Source: a virus
Taxonomy: Duplodnaviria > Caudoviricetes
Reading direction: 5' to 3' (one strand)
Virus record (IMG/VR): IMGVR_UViG_3300034132_000016
Coordinates: 1 to 49,015 of that record
Length of the DNA stretch: 49,015 nt
Both the position numbers and the translations under genes were made by a program. Shown piece by piece: positions 45,388 to 49,015 of the stretch (position 1 is its first letter; the number at the start of each line of letters is the position of its first letter). Below the pieces are notes generated by a model. The model worked only from the letters and a program-made list of their open reading frames with translations. It did not search any database and had not been told where the DNA came from.

Positions 45388-45630
45388 TCATGTTGATTTA
45401 TTGAATTTGTATCGCCGGCAGAGGTTGTTGTAAATCTCCAGCCCATTTTCACTAAGGGAATCCTTTCCATTGAATAAAGGCGAGGGCTTAAACCCTATCC
45501 TATAAAGCTGAACGTGTGTAGCCTCTCTGCGTCTTTGGTTAGACGGACGCTCCTGTAACCATCCACCCTGATTCCAATTCCATTCAATTGCGAGGTGAGC
45601 CGCGCAAATATCAAATCGATCAAGATACAT
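45388..45630 (-). CDS. hypothetical phage protein
   Basis: 80-aa ORF with GGAG RBS. Confidence 0.55.
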   Translation of the reverse strand: MYLDRFDICAAHLAIEWNWNQGGWLQERPSNQRRREATHVQLYRIGFKPSPLFNGKDSLSENGLEIYNNLCRRYKFNKST

Positions 45631-45768
45631 AGAAGTCTCCGGATCGCGCTTTTATTAGTCTATATCCTAATTACCTTTTCTAGTGAGTCTATTAATCACA
45701 TAAAATGATAGAAATCAGGGCAGAGAACTTAAATAACTATAAATAAATAGGGATGGAGTATTACCCCT

Positions 45769-46110
45769 ATGTCCTCGGAAGAGAAAAAGTATTATTACCA
45801 GGGCATTGGCTATGCCTATCTCTCCGTGTTTGGAGGGATATTTTTTCTGCTGCTTTTAGGCTGCTCCTGGGACTCAAAAAACCAGTTTTCATTTTCCGCA
45901 GATCGTATTCCCAAAGAGATAGCGATTGCTATCCTCTCAACATCGGGAACGCTTGCAGCAGTGGGTAGGGCTGCTCCTACAGCAATTGGTAAAGCGCTTC
46001 CTGATGGAAGTCTACTTGAGAAGACAGGGAGGCTCATCGCAGAAGTGCCTTCCAAAAGCAACAGCAACGAAAGTTCAGAATCGGAAAGCTCTAATGGTAA
46101 AGGAGCATGA
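45769..46110 (+). CDS. holin-like membrane protein
   Basis: Two hydrophobic helices and a hydrophilic tail. Confidence 0.45.
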   Translation: MSSEEKKYYYQGIGYAYLSVFGGIFFLLLLGCSWDSKNQFSFSADRIPKEIAIAILSTSGTLAAVGRAAPTAIGKALPDGSLLEKTGRLIAEVPSKSNSNESSESESSNGKGA

Positions 46111-46696
46111 AGAACATCAATGGTATGAGAATCTTGCAATCAATCGAGAGGGCTTTCCTGATAGTGAAAGGCAAATCTTTGCAGTTCGTGGCACACCTTC
46201 CCAATTCCCAAGACATCTCCTTACCTTCAGAATCTATCACCTCTACGGGGTCCATTCGTCCGTTCACTTTCCCGACTGCCCCGGCAGTACCCATCATCTC
46301 TGGATGCACAAACGTTTACTCCTTCCCAACAAGGAAGAAACAAAACCGTTTATTATCTTCTCGATTCAGACAACGCTAAACGTTAGTCCAAAGTTTTACG
46401 AATCACTTGATCCTCATGATCAACAGCGTTTAGACCTGGCTTTTCCAGATCTTTCAATCAAGCAGAAGGGTGAGAATGAAGTTGCTCGATTAATTGGACA
46501 ACGATTGGTTGACTCGTATATTCCTCGAATCCAGGATCAATGGATTATTCATCGAAGTATTGACTTGACAACCAGGCATGATCCTTTTCCAAAAGACAGT
46601 CTGCTTGAAGGCAAGTTAGCCCCCAGACGCTTGCAGGAATGGACAGGTCAAATCGATTACTACTATCAGGTGATTGCTGGAAAGTTCAGGCTCTAA
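45926..46696 (+). CDS. hypothetical protein (likely start MVKE ~46094)
   Basis: Long ORF whose 5' part overlaps the preceding gene. Confidence 0.55.
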   Translation: MLSSQHRERLQQWVGLLLQQLVKRFLMEVYLRRQGGSSQKCLPKATATKVQNRKALMVKEHEEHQWYENLAINREGFPDSERQIFAVRGTPSQFPRHLLTFRIYHLYGVHSSVHFPDCPGSTHHLWMHKRLLLPNKEETKPFIIFSIQTTLNVSPKFYESLDPHDQQRLDLAFPDLSIKQKGENEVARLIGQRLVDSYIPRIQDQWIIHRSIDLTTRHDPFPKDSLLEGKLAPRRLQEWTGQIDYYYQVIAGKFRL

Positions 46697-46953
46697 TGCT
46701 TTGAACCGATACATCCTGGATAAAAGTGCTGTACTGATACACCTGAAAGGACTCCCAGAACAATTTCGGGTTTTGGTGGAAAGCCTAAAACAATACTGAC
46801 CACCCCAAGACAGATCAAAGGGACAACTACCACCGTCAATTTATCCCATAGAGACAACACAGAGAGATACTGACTGTCTCTTTCAGCAGCATCTAGAAGT
46901 TCAAAAATCAAATAAATTAGGATGGCAATAAAGATAAGGCTAGTAATATTCAT
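46693..46953 (-). CDS. small membrane protein
   Basis: Two to three hydrophobic helices. Confidence 0.55.
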   Translation of the reverse strand: MNITSLIFIAILIYLIFELLDAAERDSQYLSVLSLWDKLTVVVVPLICLGVVSIVLGFPPKPEIVLGVLSGVSVQHFYPGCIGSKH

Positions 46954-47057
46954 AGTGCAAGTCTTACTCTTTTGAATGAGTTAAAGACTCATCATAAACG
47001 AACCTTTAGAATATAGACAGGTGTGGTCACAGATTTTACAAACACTTAGATTGGAGA

Positions 47058-47534
47058 TTGCAAACTGTGGTTGCATTGTCTGATAAAGACGCTTCAAGGG
47101 CGATGTTTCATCTTTGTGGAACCAGAGCAGGCGTTCCGGCTGGAGATATGTTCAGAATTGTTGAAGCTATAAGAACCATTCCTGATGATGTAGCTAAAAG
47201 CTATGTCATAGCCCAACTTGATAGATGTGATAATGCGTTTAATCAGATAGCTACAGCAGGCGATACTCAGATTGTTGCAGCAGAAAACTATTCAGGCGAT
47301 ATTAACCGAACAGTTCAACGGGCACAGAAAAACCTGCAAATCGTAAAGTTCTACTGGGAGCGCTACTACATGGAGGTAGATCAACTTGCTAGAACGCTCT
47401 GGTGTCCTGAGTTTAGAACTCCTGATAGTGACTACTACCGCTACGCCAGGAATGGAGGCGAGTATGTCAATTCTGTTCCGGGAACTCAGGGAGTCGATGG
47501 AGATGCTTTTACAGCGGCACTGCTCTACGCATAA
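47058..47534 (+). CDS. putative head-tail connector/adaptor
   Basis: Helical 158-aa protein in the structural region; GGAG RBS; hairpin at 47535-47577 downstream. Confidence 0.45.
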   Translation: MQTVVALSDKDASRAMFHLCGTRAGVPAGDMFRIVEAIRTIPDDVAKSYVIAQLDRCDNAFNQIATAGDTQIVAAENYSGDINRTVQRAQKNLQIVKFYWERYYMEVDQLARTLWCPEFRTPDSDYYRYARNGGEYVNSVPGTQGVDGDAFTAALLYA

Positions 47535-47694
47535 AAACCTCTCTGTGCCCCCATCCTGAAGGATGACAGAGAGGTTTAACCCGAGTAATGAACTTCAAAG
47601 TAATCTCAACTGAGTTTACCTTCTCATTCTAGTGTGCAATGAAGTTTAATGGAATGGTGAGTAGTTCAATCATCAATCCTTTTATTTAATTGTT

Positions 47695-48153
47695 ATGGCT
47701 GAGAAACCTGCTTTTATTGGAACCCCCAAAAGCACTTCATGGACTTTGGTGTTAAGTACTCAAACTTCTGCAAGATATAGTACTCCTCCATCTAATAGCA
47801 TCGCTGTTAGAGCAGGGGCACAGGGAAGTTTTCTTGAGTCAATCATTGCTTATCCTCTTGGAAGTAATGTATCTACGGTCCTTTTAATGTTTTGTCAAAA
47901 AGGGGTAGCAGGCTACTACTACATGGGATCGGCTCAATTGGACGCAACAACTGGTCCTGGTGTGGGGGATAACACAGGCATGGAGGGAGTTAATCTATCA
48001 GACAAATTACTGCCCATTTGTTTATTTCCTGCATCCAACACAACGACTCCTAACAGAGGATTAAGGATCGCAGCAGGAGATGCTGTTTACCTAGCGTTAG
48101 ATCGGGCTGTTGCTTCTGGCTGGTCAATTGTCCTTAACGGAGGAGACTTATAA
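47695..48153 (+). CDS. virion structural protein
   Basis: Beta-rich, ends GGDL; preceded by the operator motif. Confidence 0.55.
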   Translation: MAEKPAFIGTPKSTSWTLVLSTQTSARYSTPPSNSIAVRAGAQGSFLESIIAYPLGSNVSTVLLMFCQKGVAGYYYMGSAQLDATTGPGVGDNTGMEGVNLSDKLLPICLFPASNTTTPNRGLRIAAGDAVYLALDRAVASGWSIVLNGGDL

Positions 48154-48430
48154 ATTTTCAACAGTCAGGAGTAGTGTGCCATGGCAAGCCTAGCTTTGAT
48201 TGATAAGGTTGCTTCTATTACCAGGAAAGAGAGTCTACCATCTGGTTTCAATAAAATTTGGGAAAGAGCGAGATATGCGGGTTACGACATTAAAGCGTTA
48301 AAAGCATAACCCTGAAATAGGAGAAAAGCCAATGTTAATTTTCACAACTATCATTTGCATTATTGGAATTATTCTGCTGATCGGAGGACTTACCATCTTA
48401 TTCGCACCATTTATTAAAGGTGGCAGATAG

Positions 48431-49015
48431 ATGACCCCTCGCTATCGGAGTTCAAAATACAACCAGCCGGATACGGTTAAAGGGCGATTTACAAGAGGGG
48501 ATCGTCGCTGGTCATTTTGGATTGGGAAAAAAAAAGACCAGGACAAGCCATCTGACACAATTCTGGATCACAGGTACGTGACGGTCGAAGAAGTTTCCTT
48601 TTACTACGGACCACCAAGTCTGTTTTACTCTTGTGACTGTCCTGACTATCAAAGAGTTGAGGTAGCCCAACCTGCCTTGATTGATGAAGCTGACTACCAG
48701 GGAGCAACAGACACCCCCAAGATTTTTTCAGTTGATAACTACAGCCGCTACTTGAGCAGTTACATGCGTTACCAGCGAGGCTCCAACCTGGTTGCTCAGG
48801 TGGAATTTATTGGGACATCAGGACTCGGAAATATCTTCAATTACCGCATTCCAACCAACCGAATTCAAAAGCGGGATCGGGATTGGTCAAGTAGTTCAGC
48901 CGGAATCTATCCCAACTTTTGCAAACATATTTGGGCAGTTGTGATTTATCGAGGGGATCCCTACGAAATTCCGGATGATATTCCTGAAAACTTTTCATTT
49001 GAAGATTTGGGTTAA
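48431..49015 (+). CDS. SWIM-type zinc-finger protein
   Basis: CDCPDY ... CKH motif. Confidence 0.6.
   Translation: MTPRYRSSKYNQPDTVKGRFTRGDRRWSFWIGKKKDQDKPSDTILDHRYVTVEEVSFYYGPPSLFYSCDCPDYQRVEVAQPALIDEADYQGATDTPKIFSVDNYSRYLSSYMRYQRGSNLVAQVEFIGTSGLGNIFNYRIPTNRIQKRDRDWSSSSAGIYPNFCKHIWAVVIYRGDPYEIPDDIPENFSFEDLG

Larger units (their letters stand above)
575..47672. promoter_or_regulatory. dispersed 15-bp quasi-palindromic operator TGA(G/A/T)T-N5-A(C/A/T)TCA
   Basis: Copies, nearly all intergenic or at gene starts, at 575, 1159, 11688, 18347, 24587, 26464, 32676, 34467, 39343, 43013, 45684, 46977, 47658. Confidence 0.75.

Noticed and set aside
1-49015. Genome-wide TAG reassignment
   Set aside because: Only two small broken ORFs have internal TAG; TAG terminates FtsK, scaffold and capsid normally.
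1-49015. Numerous antisense/shadow ORFs in the ORF track, and tRNA/rRNA genes
   Set aside because: The shadow ORFs lie within better-supported genes; no cloverleaf or rRNA signatures were seen.

Overview
A 49-kb segment of a tailed dsDNA bacteriophage or prophage with a probable cyanobacterial host, supported by about nine HIP1 GCGATCGC octamers and a cyanobacterial-type ThyX. From left to right it contains five blocks. (1) A rightward operon at 1.6-11.3 kb, preceded by an 11-bp-period repeat array, with an HTH protein, membrane proteins, an FtsK/SpoIIIE ATPase, a lysozyme-like protein, HNH, ThyX and an M23 peptidase. (2) A leftward early-type block at 11.3-16.7 kb with SSB, SLOG/DUF1273, DUF4326 and a possible nuclease. 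(3) A ~1.7-kb non-coding control region with nested inverted repeats. (4) A rightward structural block with tail/fibre genes, a cluster of small Gly/Gln-rich proteins, Tad1, terminase, portal, scaffold, major capsid and decoration proteins. (5) A leftward ParB-like block followed by further structural genes. No integrase, DNA polymerase, tRNA or CRISPR array was seen. The most unusual signals are: a GRIAG pentapeptide shared by eight unrelated proteins (candidate head-packaging or processing signal); HNH cassettes inserted into terminase and portal that carry recoded duplicates of the gene ends; a family of template-strand GC-GNA-GC hairpin motifs upstream of early genes; a TraB/clt-like FtsK module; a Tad1 anti-defence sponge; and a dispersed 15-bp operator. 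All family assignments are by eye from motifs; no database searches were run.
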